Shown here: in pieces, positions 25,602 to 35,542 of the stretch
Layout of the letters: every line of letters begins with the position of its first letter
Position numbering within the stretch: the stretch's first letter is position 1
Notes under the pieces: generated by a model
The model's input: the letters and a program-made list of their open reading frames with translations, nothing else
Told to the model about the DNA's origin: nothing
Databases searched by the model: none
Position numbers and translations under genes: made by a program
Assembly: GCA_041549915.1 (NCBI GenBank)
Contig: JBFEPU010000003.1
Location: 1-37,819, forward strand
Origin: Anaerolineae bacterium
GTDB lineage: Bacteria; Chloroflexota; Anaerolineae; UBA2200
Reading direction: 5' to 3'
DNA: 37,819 bases

Positions 25602-27317
25602 TTGGCTGACTGCCACAACGGTGAACGATGGATGACCGCGCAATCTAGAGACGGACTGCCGAATTGGGTCAGGCCGCTGCTTTGCACAGCACCGCTCGCT
25701 CTACTGGCTGTGGCTGCTTTGCCCACGCTGCTCTACCCGCTCACTCGGGACCAAGGTGCTTACGCCTACATTGCGGACCTGATGATGAAAGGCGGCGCGC
25801 CGTATCGCGATGCGTTGGACCTAAAGCCGCCAGCGGTATACCTTGTGTATGGCCTGGCTTTTGCGCTCTTTGGTCGCTCCGAGTTCGCGGTTCGCCTCTT
25901 TGACGTGCTGTACGCACTCGTCAGTGGGGCCTCCATCTACCTCCTCGCACACGAGGTATTCCACGACCGCCGCATCGCCGCGCTCTCGGCCTGGATCTAC
26001 GCGTTTTGCTACTACCTGTGGATTCATTTCTATGCCGCAGCCAACCCAGAATCGTTCATGGTACCAGTCCTCACAACCAGTGTGCTCGGCACAGTGCGTG
26101 CTCTACGGACCCGGACCAGGAATTCGTTGTTGCTCGCTGGTGTGGCCGCTGGCTTTGCGTTCTGGTTCAAACCAACGGCAGGGGTGGTCGTAGTAGCTGC
26201 GTTGGCATGGATGGTGCTCACGATGTGGCAGGAACAGCGCAGGATGAGCTCAGTGTTGCGCAACTTCACATTTGTCATCCTGGGTGGGTTGCTGGGCTTC
26301 TTGCCCATTGCCCTGTACCTCTACGGACATGGTCTCGGAGAGCTGATGGAATTGTGGCGTGACTACGGTACCGGCGCGTACGTAGGTGCGCGCGGTCTAG
26401 CACTCGGTGAGGGACCGCTAGCTGTGCTGGATGTCATCATGGGCTATCTGCGCCATTGGCAACTGCTGGTCTGGTTGAGCCTGGCCGGCGTGTTGGGCAT
26501 CCTGGTGGGGCGCGAACGCTATGGCAGGGCTGAGGCGGTGGTTGTGTACCTACTGTCTACTTTGGCGGCTACCCTTCTACAGGGCAAGCTGTTTGAGTAC
26601 CACTGGATCCCTGTGCTAGCCCCCGCAGCGATCCTGGCCGCCGTAGCCCTAGCAGGCTTGGCATCAGAGATATCCGGTCAAACCAAGAACCCGCTGCGCA
26701 CCCCGCTGAGCGCGTGGCCGGCCACGGATATGCGTACGCTTTTTGCCGTCATCGTCCTTGTGGGGCTGCTGCTGTGGACAGGCTATGATCAGCTGGCTCG
26801 ATACAGGCAAACGGCTGCCTACCTGGCGGGGCGCATGAGCGAGGAGCAGTATTCCGCTCAGTTCGATATTGGAACAGATTTCTCACGCATGGGAACACTG
26901 CGCGCAGCAACCTATCTGCGCGAACACACGGAGCCAGATGAGACAGTACTCATCTGGGGCGCTGAACCCCTGGTCCTCTTTCTGTCGGAGCGCCGATCGG
27001 CCACCAAGTACATCTTTTCGTACATGCTGGTCGGCGACGACGGCAGCCCCCGTGTCAAAGCCCGCCGCCAAGATTTCCTGGACGACGTGCGCAAGGCCGA
27101 ACCTGCATACGTCGTGGTCGTCGAACGTGATATCACCCCCTTGACGCCAGCGGGATCACTGGCCCAGCTAGATGAGTTCCCCGCTTTAAAAATCCTTCTA
27201 GACACAGCCTACTACCGCGATGCGCAGGTGGAGGATTACCTGTTCTATCGCAGAAAGGCCAGGGATCGGGCCAGTTTCATGACCAGTGATGAAGAAAGTT
27301 TCATCTGTCAGGCATGA
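25602..27317 (+). CDS. GT-C fold membrane glycosyltransferase (ArnT/PMT-like); start may be the ATG at 25632
   Basis: TRDQGAYAY, PYRDALDLKPP, NPESF, FWFKPT, FEYHW, IWGAEP. Confidence 0.88.
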   Translation: MADCHNGERWMTAQSRDGLPNWVRPLLCTAPLALLAVAALPTLLYPLTRDQGAYAYIADLMMKGGAPYRDALDLKPPAVYLVYGLAFALFGRSEFAVRLFDVLYALVSGASIYLLAHEVFHDRRIAALSAWIYAFCYYLWIHFYAAANPESFMVPVLTTSVLGTVRALRTRTRNSLLLAGVAAGFAFWFKPTAGVVVVAALAWMVLTMWQEQRRMSSVLRNFTFVILGGLLGFLPIALYLYGHGLGELMELWRDYGTGAYVGARGLALGEGPLAVLDVIMGYLRHWQLLVWLSLAGVLGILVGRERYGRAEAVVVYLLSTLAATLLQGKLFEYHWIPVLAPAAILAAVALAGLASEISGQTKNPLRTPLSAWPATDMRTLFAVIVLVGLLLWTGYDQLARYRQTAAYLAGRMSEEQYSAQFDIGTDFSRMGTLRAATYLREHTEPDETVLIWGAEPLVLFLSERRSATKYIFSYMLVGDDGSPRVKARRQDFLDDVRKAEPAYVVVVERDITPLTPAGSLAQLDEFPALKILLDTAYYRDAQVEDYLFYRRKARDRASFMTSDEESFICQA

Positions 27318-27334
27318 TCTGATATCTTGTTTTC

Positions 27335-27352
27335 ACACAACTTGTGTATAAT
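27335..27352 (+). promoter_or_regulatory. Internal promoter candidate: perfect -10 box with an overlapping operator-like palindrome
   Basis: TATAAT at 27347-27352 and ACACAA-C-TTGTGT at 27335-27347, in the largest AT-rich gap of the cluster. No good -35 box at 17 bp spacing. Confidence 0.55.
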
Positions 27353-27390
27353 TCACTGGTCCAGGCACCCAGTGGCTGGTGAACTCGACC

Positions 27391-28410
27391 ATGATCTCTG
27401 TTGTGATTCCCGCGCATAATGCTGCCCGCACGCTTGATGAGTGCCTGCAGGCTGTCCACCAATCCGACTATGCCGACTATGAGGTGATTGTGGTGGACGA
27501 CGCCTCGACTGACAGCACAGAGCAAGTGGCCACGCGACACGGATGTCGCATCGTCCGGCTGCAGCAGAACGTAGGCGCAGCGAGGGCCAAGAACCTCGGG
27601 GCGAGCGAGGCTAGAGGAGATGTCATTCTCTTCACCGACGCCGATGTCGTGTTGCAGCGGGACACACTGGGCCTGATTGCCGAGAACCTGAAGGACCCGA
27701 GCGTCGCGGGCGTGGTCGGCCTGCTCGGACGGAGCTTGAGATACAGGGATTTCAGCAGCCAGTTCAAGAACTTGTGGATGCACCACACCTACACACGCCT
27801 TGCTAGCAGCAGCGAGGCGGAACGCGGCGTTGGGCTCTTCTACACCAGCATCGCTGCCATCCGCAAGGACATCTTTGAACAACTGGGGGGCTTTGATCCC
27901 CATTACCGCGGTGCAAGCGTCACAGAAGACATAGAATTCGGGCAGCGGCTTTTGTCAGGCAGGCACAGAGTGCGGCTCGACGGCCGCCTCGAAGTGGAAC
28001 ATCTGAAGCACTACTCCCTAAGAGGCCTGCTGAAGACCGATTTTCAACGCGCTTTCGGGCTGACAAAAACCTGGCTGCGCAAGAAGTTGGAGCCCGCCGA
28101 ACGAGCCACTGGGCAGAGGTACTATGCGTCGGTGCCCTGGTTCTTCATCCTGGCCGTACCATTGGCCTGGTTGCTGCCTGTGCTGGCCGTAATCGCCTTG
28201 TGGACGGGGCATACGACCTGGGCGCTGCTCACATCGCTCGACTATGCGGGCATTCTGATCCTAAACGGGCCATTCCTGAATACGCTGTACCGGGCCAGAG
28301 GTCTGCTTTTCCTGTTGCAGTCCTGTCTGTTCTTGCCATTCGACCTATGGGTGTCCGGGCTGGGTGTATTGTGCGCAGTCCTGGACTATTCGAGGGGAAA
28401 CCGGTACTAA
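27391..28410 (+). CDS. GT2 glycosyltransferase with C-terminal transmembrane helices (not DPM1-type)
   Basis: MISVVIPAHN, VVDDASTD, FTDAD, LGGFD...TEDIEFG, hydrophobic C-terminus. Start is ATG 27391 or GTG 27379. Confidence 0.9.
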   Translation: MISVVIPAHNAARTLDECLQAVHQSDYADYEVIVVDDASTDSTEQVATRHGCRIVRLQQNVGAARAKNLGASEARGDVILFTDADVVLQRDTLGLIAENLKDPSVAGVVGLLGRSLRYRDFSSQFKNLWMHHTYTRLASSSEAERGVGLFYTSIAAIRKDIFEQLGGFDPHYRGASVTEDIEFGQRLLSGRHRVRLDGRLEVEHLKHYSLRGLLKTDFQRAFGLTKTWLRKKLEPAERATGQRYYASVPWFFILAVPLAWLLPVLAVIALWTGHTTWALLTSLDYAGILILNGPFLNTLYRARGLLFLLQSCLFLPFDLWVSGLGVLCAVLDYSRGNRY

Positions 28411-28434
28411 GCGGGAGAAAGACGGAGAAAGACA

Positions 28435-29604
28435 TTGAACTACAGACGTTATCTCAAGTACGGCACCCGCATGTTCTATAAGAGAGGTGCCTCACCCATT
28501 TACTTTGTGTACTTTGTCACTGACTTTTGCAATGCGCGATGCAAGCATTGCCTGCTTGCCGAACACGAGCCCAGCGCCAAGAGCCGGGAATTGACGATTG
28601 ATGAGATCGAGCGTGTCTCGGCCAGCATGGATGACATGCTCTTTTTCACGCCGACCGGCGGGGAACCTTTCCTCCGTCGGGATCTGGCGGAGATTGTGCG
28701 CATCTTCCACCGCAACAACCACGCAGCGAACGTCGGTATTCCAACCAATGGCAGCCTCACGGCACGCGTGGTTGAGACAACCAGAGACATGCTGGATACC
28801 TGCCCCGGTCTTGACCTGCACATTGACGTTTCCATAGATGACATTGGCGAAAGGCACGACGCGATTCGCCAGTTCCCGGGCTTGTTCGATCGCGCAGTGC
28901 GCACCTATCGAGAGCTGCGCGAACTGGAGAGGCACTATCCCAATTTCAGCACTTGCGCAGAAATCACCGTATCAGCTTACAACCAGGATCACCTGCTGGA
29001 GTTGTACGACTACCTGACCCACCAAGTCGGAGTCAATACCGTCTTCACCCTGCTCACGAGAGGCGCTCCGCGAGATCCAGGGGCCAAGGATTTCGACATC
29101 ACAAAGTACGAGGAGCTGCATGCCGTCCTGGAGCGTGACAACAAGGCACGCATCCTATCTGGCTACTACAAGATGCCCTTTTCCGACTTTTTGAACGCCA
29201 AGCGCATTGTCCGACCGCACATCATCGCCAAGACGGTGCGCGAGCGACGCTTCCAAATACCATGCTATGCCGGTTCCCTTGGTGGTGCCATGTTCAGCGA
29301 AGGCCAGGTCTTGCCTTGCGAGTTGCTCATTGACAATGAGATTGGCAATGTGCGCGACGTGGACTATGACTTTAAGAGGCTGTGGTACAGTCCGCGGGCA
29401 GACGAGATTCGCAGTCACATCCGAGACACCAAGTGTTTCTGCACCTATGAATGCTTCCTTACGGTCAATATTCTGTTCAACCCCTTGGTGTTGCCCCGGG
29501 TCGTGAGGGAATGGGGTGCCCTTAAGTGGGGCAAGCTGCAGCACCGGTTGAAAGGGCAAACGACAGAGCCTGTGACTACCCTTACACTGTCCAGCGATCA
29601 CTAG
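28435..29604 (+). CDS. Radical SAM enzyme with a C-terminal SPASM/Twitch-like domain
   Basis: CNARCKHC, TGGEPFLR, PTNG, VSIDD; C-terminal CYAG...GQVLPCE...IGNVR...CFCTYEC. TTG start with GGAGA RBS. Confidence 0.92.
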   Translation: MNYRRYLKYGTRMFYKRGASPIYFVYFVTDFCNARCKHCLLAEHEPSAKSRELTIDEIERVSASMDDMLFFTPTGGEPFLRRDLAEIVRIFHRNNHAANVGIPTNGSLTARVVETTRDMLDTCPGLDLHIDVSIDDIGERHDAIRQFPGLFDRAVRTYRELRELERHYPNFSTCAEITVSAYNQDHLLELYDYLTHQVGVNTVFTLLTRGAPRDPGAKDFDITKYEELHAVLERDNKARILSGYYKMPFSDFLNAKRIVRPHIIAKTVRERRFQIPCYAGSLGGAMFSEGQVLPCELLIDNEIGNVRDVDYDFKRLWYSPRADEIRSHIRDTKCFCTYECFLTVNILFNPLVLPRVVREWGALKWGKLQHRLKGQTTEPVTTLTLSSDH

Positions 29605-29628
29605 CCAGTCTGCATCGAGAAGAGAGTC

Positions 29629-30303
29629 ATGCACAGAGATCATACCGTCTCGGTAGTGATACCGTGTTACAACGAGGAGGAAGGCATCCAGGTCACGCTT
29701 GCTGATATGCCGGATGCGGTCGATGAGGTCATCGTCGTAGACAACAACTGCACCGATCGCACGGCCGAGGTTGCGGCTGCCATGGGAGCCAAAGTGGTGT
29801 GTGAGTCGAAGCCTGGCTACGGCGCTGCGTACAAGGCCGGGTTCCGCGCCGCCAGCGGCGACATCATCGTGACTATGGATGGTGACGCGACCTACCCCCG
29901 TGCCTTCATCCCAGTCTTGCTTGACGTATTGATCGAGGAGAACCTCGACTTCATCTCCTGTGATCGCACCGGGCACAAGGCCGACGAAGCCAATTCATTC
30001 CTCCGCGTTCTGGGCAACTTTGTTTTGAACCTGACCATTTTCGGGCTGTTCTTTGTATGGCTGAAGGACTCCCAGTCAGGAATGTGGGTTTTTAGACGCT
30101 CTATCTTGCCACAGCTTGAGCTGACCAGCGACGAGATGGCCTTCTCCGAGGAGCTTAAGATCGAAGCCTTCAGCAAGAGGAACTTAAGGGCACGTGAATT
30201 GCCAATCTATTACAAGGCACGCATCGGGGAGAGCAAACTGAACCTGTGGCGGGATGGGTTTGCCAACCTGCTATTCCTGTTCCGGAAGAGGCTTGGCAGA
30301 TGA
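29629..30303 (+). CDS. GT2 glycosyltransferase, DPM1-like polyprenyl-phosphate-sugar synthase
   Basis: SVVIPCYNEE, VVDNNCTD, GYGAAY, TMDGDATYP, DSQSGMW, RIGESKLN. Confidence 0.92.
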   Translation: MHRDHTVSVVIPCYNEEEGIQVTLADMPDAVDEVIVVDNNCTDRTAEVAAAMGAKVVCESKPGYGAAYKAGFRAASGDIIVTMDGDATYPRAFIPVLLDVLIEENLDFISCDRTGHKADEANSFLRVLGNFVLNLTIFGLFFVWLKDSQSGMWVFRRSILPQLELTSDEMAFSEELKIEAFSKRNLRARELPIYYKARIGESKLNLWRDGFANLLFLFRKRLGR

Positions 30304-31355
30304 CTCACGCAGCCGGAGCAGTGAACAAGCGAGGCACAGTCCCCTACGAGGACGAGTTTGCAGGCAGAAAGGTGCTGATTACCGGTGGACTGGGCTTTAT
30401 CGGCAGCAATCTCGCCATGCGCCTGGTTGAGCTGGGCGCCGATGTGCTGCTTGTGGACTCACTAATACCGGAGTACGGGGGAAATCTGTTCAACATCCAG
30501 CCTGTCAAGGACAGATTGCGGGTCAACATCGCAGATGTCCGCGACGTGAATGGCATGAACTACCTGGTGCGCGGTCATGACTACCTGTTCAATCTCGCTG
30601 GCCAGGTCAGCCACATCGACAGCATGCATGATCCCTACACAGACCTTGAGATCAACTGTCGCGCCCAGCTATCCATACTTGAGGCGTGCCGCTACAACAA
30701 TCCTGACATCAAGGTTGTCCATGCCAGCACTCGACAGGTCTATGGGGCACCAGAGTACTTGCCTGTGGATGAGAAGCATCTACTGCGCCCTACGGATGTC
30801 AATGGCATTAACAAGATGGCCGGCGAGTGGTACCACATACTGTACAACAATGTGTATGGTGTCCGGGCCGTGTCACTGCGCCTTACCAACACGTATGGCC
30901 CGCGGCTATTGATGAAGCACAGCCGACAGGGTTTTGTGGCATGGTTCATCCGTCTGGCAATCAGCAACGAAGAGATACAGCTCTATGGTGACGGGCGGCA
31001 GGTGCGAGATCTGAATTACGTCGATGATGTCATTGAGGCGATGCTTTTGGCTGCCGTCTACGACGGGGCCAATGGTCGCATTTTTAACCTGGGGAACACC
31101 CCTCCGGTTAGTTTGCTGGAGTTCGTCCACACCCTGCTTGAGATCTGTCAGGATTTCGGCGTGGGCGAAGGAGGCTATCGTCTGGTGCCATTTCCGCCAG
31201 ACAAGAAGCGTATTGACATCGGCGACTATTACGCCGACTATAGCAAGATCCAGAAAACCTTGGGTTGGAGACCGACGATCCCGCTCAAGGAGGGGTTGAA
31301 GCGCACGGTCGAATACTACGTAGAGCATCATGATCAATACTGGGAGAACCCGTGA
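30300..31355 (+). CDS. NAD-dependent epimerase/dehydratase family protein with an atypical active site (NxxxK)
   Basis: ATG at 30300 (ATGA overlap); ITGGLGFIGSN, NLAGQ, ASTRQVYG, PTDVNGINK, LRLTNTYGPR, GDGRQVRD. Confidence 0.92.
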   Translation: MTHAAGAVNKRGTVPYEDEFAGRKVLITGGLGFIGSNLAMRLVELGADVLLVDSLIPEYGGNLFNIQPVKDRLRVNIADVRDVNGMNYLVRGHDYLFNLAGQVSHIDSMHDPYTDLEINCRAQLSILEACRYNNPDIKVVHASTRQVYGAPEYLPVDEKHLLRPTDVNGINKMAGEWYHILYNNVYGVRAVSLRLTNTYGPRLLMKHSRQGFVAWFIRLAISNEEIQLYGDGRQVRDLNYVDDVIEAMLLAAVYDGANGRIFNLGNTPPVSLLEFVHTLLEICQDFGVGEGGYRLVPFPPDKKRIDIGDYYADYSKIQKTLGWRPTIPLKEGLKRTVEYYVEHHDQYWENP

Positions 31356-32962
31356 CAGGAGCTTTGCACGACACCGCGCGTTTTCCTCCTGTGCTGATCC
31401 TGATTCTCATCATTGCGCTGGCAGCCTTCTTGCGCTTGCACAATCTGCTCCCAATAGAGAGAGGGTTACAGTTCCTGCAGGACTATGACGAGGGGGTTTG
31501 GGACAGCACAGCGCAACTCATGCTCCAGGGTTACGTGCCCTATCGCGATTTCTTCGCCACGTTGCCTCCCGTCGGCATCTACTTGCTGGCAGCCGTTCTG
31601 CGTCTGGTCAACCAGCCGTGGGGAAACGGCGTGGGCTTTATGGCCACCCGCTATGCCTCTGTTGCCTATGGTTTAGGCACCATAGCGGTAGTCTTCCTGA
31701 TAGGACGCAAGCTGGGGGGGTGGCCAACGGGTCTGCTCGCTGCGGCTTTGCTCAGCGTCGATGGAATGGTCATCGGCATGGATCGCCGTGTCATGCTGGA
31801 GCCACCTCTCAACCTGTTTTCCGCTTTGGCAGTGTTGACCTACTACTTCGCTTGCGAGCGCCCTCACGCTGGTAGACAGGGGCAACGCCTGGCGGCCCTG
31901 GCGGGTTTCCTGAGCGCGATTGCAGCTTTGTCCAAGACACCCGGGCTGCTTGTGGCTTTGGCCCTGCTCACCGTCTCGCTGCTGCGCCGGAGATTTCGCG
32001 AAGCGGCGTTGATTGCTGCGGGCTTTGGACTGAGCTGGATACTGCTGAGCGCCTATTTCCTGCTTCGCTGCCCGGACGATTTTCTGAAACAGGTCTATTT
32101 TTTTCAGCTGTTGCGTCCTGCGGATGGCATCACTCGCTGGAGCACAAGGCTCTATGACATCTGGCACTATGCCTCAGCTTGGCACACAGTGCGGGTAGGA
32201 TTGGCAGGGGCCCTGTTGCTGGGACTGGTTGCCCTGTGGCGCTCGGAAGCCCGGCGGTGGCTGGTCATACTGGCCTGGACGGGCTATACACTGGGAATGA
32301 TACTCCTCAACAAGTCGTATTGGCCACAGTACTATGTGCAACTGGCTGTGCCACTGAGCCTGCTCGGCGGCGGACTGATCGACAGGGGAGCATGGCCTGA
32401 GTGGTCATTTGCTGGCGCAACAGTACGCCTGCGCCAGCTTCCCCTTGGGAGTGTCGTATTCGTGGCGATCCTGCTTACGGGCCTGATTGGTGGGGCAGCC
32501 GCAAGTCAATACACTGGAATGAAGAGCATGCTGGCACGGACTTCTCCAGCCTACACTGAGGTAGCAGACTACCTGAGACACAACAGCACCACCGCTGACA
32601 GGATTCTCGTCTTCGAGCCAAACTATACGTTCCTGGCCTCGCGGCCGCCGGCTGGAGTGCAGGAGGCGCGTTTCCTTGTTGACTCGTATGGCGAGATGTT
32701 GTACACCAACCTAGGGATTGAGGGGAGATCACTGCCGGCACTGGTGACGTCTGTGCTGAGCAGAGAAGAGAGCGAGTTGCAGCAAACCTTCTGGCGTGAG
32801 CCAGCACAAGAGCAGGTATTGGCTGCCTTTGAGCAAGCACAGTACGTAATCGTTGACGGACGGGCGCGCTACCAACTGCGGCCGGAGACACTGGCTGCAA
32901 TTCAAGCGCTCTCCGCCGAGCTGTTCGCTGCTGGACCTGCTAGCTTGAGGGCACGGCCGTGA
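31352..32962 (+). CDS. GT-C fold membrane glycosyltransferase (ArnT/PMT-like), paralog of 23949-25595
   Basis: QDYDEGVW, PYRDFFATLPP, DRRVMLEPP, FEPNYTFL, DSYGEMLY; GTGA overlap. Confidence 0.9.
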   Translation: MTGALHDTARFPPVLILILIIALAAFLRLHNLLPIERGLQFLQDYDEGVWDSTAQLMLQGYVPYRDFFATLPPVGIYLLAAVLRLVNQPWGNGVGFMATRYASVAYGLGTIAVVFLIGRKLGGWPTGLLAAALLSVDGMVIGMDRRVMLEPPLNLFSALAVLTYYFACERPHAGRQGQRLAALAGFLSAIAALSKTPGLLVALALLTVSLLRRRFREAALIAAGFGLSWILLSAYFLLRCPDDFLKQVYFFQLLRPADGITRWSTRLYDIWHYASAWHTVRVGLAGALLLGLVALWRSEARRWLVILAWTGYTLGMILLNKSYWPQYYVQLAVPLSLLGGGLIDRGAWPEWSFAGATVRLRQLPLGSVVFVAILLTGLIGGAAASQYTGMKSMLARTSPAYTEVADYLRHNSTTADRILVFEPNYTFLASRPPAGVQEARFLVDSYGEMLYTNLGIEGRSLPALVTSVLSREESELQQTFWREPAQEQVLAAFEQAQYVIVDGRARYQLRPETLAAIQALSAELFAAGPASLRARP

Positions 32963-33007
32963 AAGCATTCCAGGCTTGTGCGTCCAGACCGCAGTGGAGG
33001 CCAGAGC

Positions 33008-33850
33008 ATGGGTGAGAGAGTTGTCGTCGTGATGCCAGCTTACAACGCAGCCAAAACGTTGGAACGCACCTATAACGATCTTCCCAAAGATGTGGTGGAT
33101 AAGGTCATCCTCGTGGACGACGTAAGCCAGGACGAGACGGTTGAAATCGCGCGGCAGCTCGGCCTGGAGGTCATCGTCCACATCCAGAACAAAGGCTACG
33201 GCGGCAACCAGAAGACCTGCTATATCAAAGCCCTGGAGGATGTGGCAGACATTGTTGTGATGCTGCACCCAGATTATCAGTACGACTCCACGCTGGTGCC
33301 CGAACTGATCCGCCCCATTCAGGAGGGCGAAGCTGACATGGTCTTGGGTTCCCGTTTTCTGACTGGCGGCACTCTGGCAGGGGGCATGCCGCTGTACAAG
33401 TACGTTTCCAACCGCTTCCTGACCCTCGCCGAGAATATCGCCTTGGGCCAACACCTGTCAGAGTTCCATACAGGGTTTCGTGCCTACAGCAGGCAAATGC
33501 TGGAGACAATCCCCTTTCTGCTGAACTCTGACAACTTTGTGTTTGACACGGAAGTAATCGCACAGGCAGTGGCCTTTGGTTTCCGCATCGCGGAGATTGG
33601 CGTGCCGACGCGCTATTTCGAAGAGGCCTCTTCGGTGAACTTTAAGAACAGCGTGATCTATGGCTTGAGCACACTGGCCACGATGGCACGCTATCTGCTG
33701 GCCAAGTGGGACATCGCGAGCTACCCCCAGTTCAAGAAGACGCTACCGCAGATCGTCAGCCGCTATCACCTGCCGCAGATTCTGGGTGAACAGTCCCCAG
33801 ACACACGGAAATCGGTTGACGAACTTGCACAGGGAGGCACGGAGCCTTGA
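33008..33850 (+). CDS. GT2 glycosyltransferase, DPM1-like
   Basis: ATG at 33008 with GGAGG RBS; VVMPAYNA, LVDDVSQD, NKGYGGNQK, MLHPDYQY (HxD in place of DxD), LGSRF, EFHTGFRAY. Confidence 0.92.
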   Translation: MGERVVVVMPAYNAAKTLERTYNDLPKDVVDKVILVDDVSQDETVEIARQLGLEVIVHIQNKGYGGNQKTCYIKALEDVADIVVMLHPDYQYDSTLVPELIRPIQEGEADMVLGSRFLTGGTLAGGMPLYKYVSNRFLTLAENIALGQHLSEFHTGFRAYSRQMLETIPFLLNSDNFVFDTEVIAQAVAFGFRIAEIGVPTRYFEEASSVNFKNSVIYGLSTLATMARYLLAKWDIASYPQFKKTLPQIVSRYHLPQILGEQSPDTRKSVDELAQGGTEP

Positions 33851-35541
33851 CAGCGGCTCTTCTTACAAGAACGACTGATTCAGGCCGCCTGCGGGGCGGT
33901 CTGTTTCTGATAGGAATGTTGCTCAGTGCCGCATTGTTGCTCTTCTGCCGGCTCGATGACGCGTACCTGTGGCAGGACGAAGCGGAGACAGCGATTATCT
34001 CCCGCAACCTGCTGACCTATGGACTGCCGTTGTCCACCGATGGCATGAACTGGGTTCAGCAAGCACCGCAAAAGTTCATCGAGTTCACCGACGACTATAT
34101 CTGGATCTACCACTCCTGGCTGCAGTACGGAGTGACCGCCGCGTCGTTCGCCCTCTTTGGTGCTACTACTTTCGCTGCTCGGCTGCCTTTCGTGCTCGTG
34201 GGCTTGCTGACCATATACTACTTCCATGGCTTTGTATCGCGGTGGATGGCGGACACGCGCATCGCTCGTGTGGCGACTTTGCTCTTGGTATTCTGCATAC
34301 CCTTTGTGCTACTGTTGCGGCAGGCCCGCTACTATGCCTTGGCAGCGTTCTTCACCTTGCTGACAGTGGACGCCTACCTGCGCCTCACCAATGAGGGGAC
34401 CCGACCTGACCTCCAGTCAGGGGAAAAGTGGGCCGTCCCCTACTTCGTGCTGTCGGCGGCTTTGTTGTATCACAGCCACTACGGAGCTTTCTTCCCCACG
34501 ATGATAACCCTGGCGCTGCACTTTGTCCTGTCACGCCCCGCACACAGACCGCTGCGCCGCTTCCTCATGGCCTTCTTGCTCGTCGCCATGTTTGCGCTGC
34601 CCTGGGCCAGATTGATGCGCGTCCAGAATCGTGGTGAACCCTTTCAGATGGATCGCTTCCTGTCACACATTGGCCAGCACTCTCTGTATATCACCGCTTG
34701 GCTATTCCCCCTAGTACTGGTTCCATTTCTGCTCATCGCGCTCATCCGCCCGTCTCTTGGCCGCGATACGGCGCACTACTCTCAAGGAGACCGACTCGAG
34801 CTGAGCCCTGGGCAAACCACATTCTGCCGGTTGGTTGGTCTGGAGATCCTCTTGACCATCCTGCCCCTTTCCGCCTCTGCCGCCTTTGACTGGGCGTTTT
34901 TTCGTTATCTGGCACACCTGATTCCATTGCTGTTGATCTTGCTGGCGGTCGTCGTGGTCTGGTTCATGGAGCGCTCGGCTCTGATTGGATACACTCTGCT
35001 CATCGTCCTTGTGGTGAGCAACGCTCTACATGTCCTCCCATATAGACTGCCTGCCGTGAAAGGAATCGACTGGGAGGAACTGCGGCCCGGCTCACCGCCC
35101 TTCCAGGCTCTTGATGACGTATGGGCGAAGGCAGGCCGCTTCCGCTCCGATGTCTGGATGTACGCTCAGGAATTGAGCCACTCCTACGAGGGGCCCAACG
35201 AGGGTTTGGTGAAATACCTTTCGGTACATGCCCAACCAGGACAGACGGTTGTGGTGAACTATGAGGATCTGCCCCTGATGTTCTACACAGAACTGCGGGT
35301 ATTGGGTGGGCTTTCGGGCCGAGGTCTGGCCGACGATGCCCAACCGGATTGGGTGATCGACCGCAAACATGGACCCTACCGTGACCGGATAGCAACTATC
35401 GTGGCCTCGGGTTCGTACGAGCGCGTGGAAATACCCTACCCCGACATTCGTTGGGAGAATCGCCCGCAGCCTGGCCAGCATCACTACCTGACTGTCCGAG
35501 GTGAAGAGAATGTAGTGCTCTACAGGAAGCGAGGAGGCTGA
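33847..35541 (+). CDS. GT-C fold membrane glycosyltransferase (ArnT/PMT-like)
   Basis: YLWQDEAETA, FGATTFAARLP, RQARYY; TTGA overlap. Confidence 0.9.
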   Translation: MTAALLTRTTDSGRLRGGLFLIGMLLSAALLLFCRLDDAYLWQDEAETAIISRNLLTYGLPLSTDGMNWVQQAPQKFIEFTDDYIWIYHSWLQYGVTAASFALFGATTFAARLPFVLVGLLTIYYFHGFVSRWMADTRIARVATLLLVFCIPFVLLLRQARYYALAAFFTLLTVDAYLRLTNEGTRPDLQSGEKWAVPYFVLSAALLYHSHYGAFFPTMITLALHFVLSRPAHRPLRRFLMAFLLVAMFALPWARLMRVQNRGEPFQMDRFLSHIGQHSLYITAWLFPLVLVPFLLIALIRPSLGRDTAHYSQGDRLELSPGQTTFCRLVGLEILLTILPLSASAAFDWAFFRYLAHLIPLLLILLAVVVVWFMERSALIGYTLLIVLVVSNALHVLPYRLPAVKGIDWEELRPGSPPFQALDDVWAKAGRFRSDVWMYAQELSHSYEGPNEGLVKYLSVHAQPGQTVVVNYEDLPLMFYTELRVLGGLSGRGLADDAQPDWVIDRKHGPYRDRIATIVASGSYERVEIPYPDIRWENRPQPGQHHYLTVRGEENVVLYRKRGG

Positions 35542-35542
35542 T

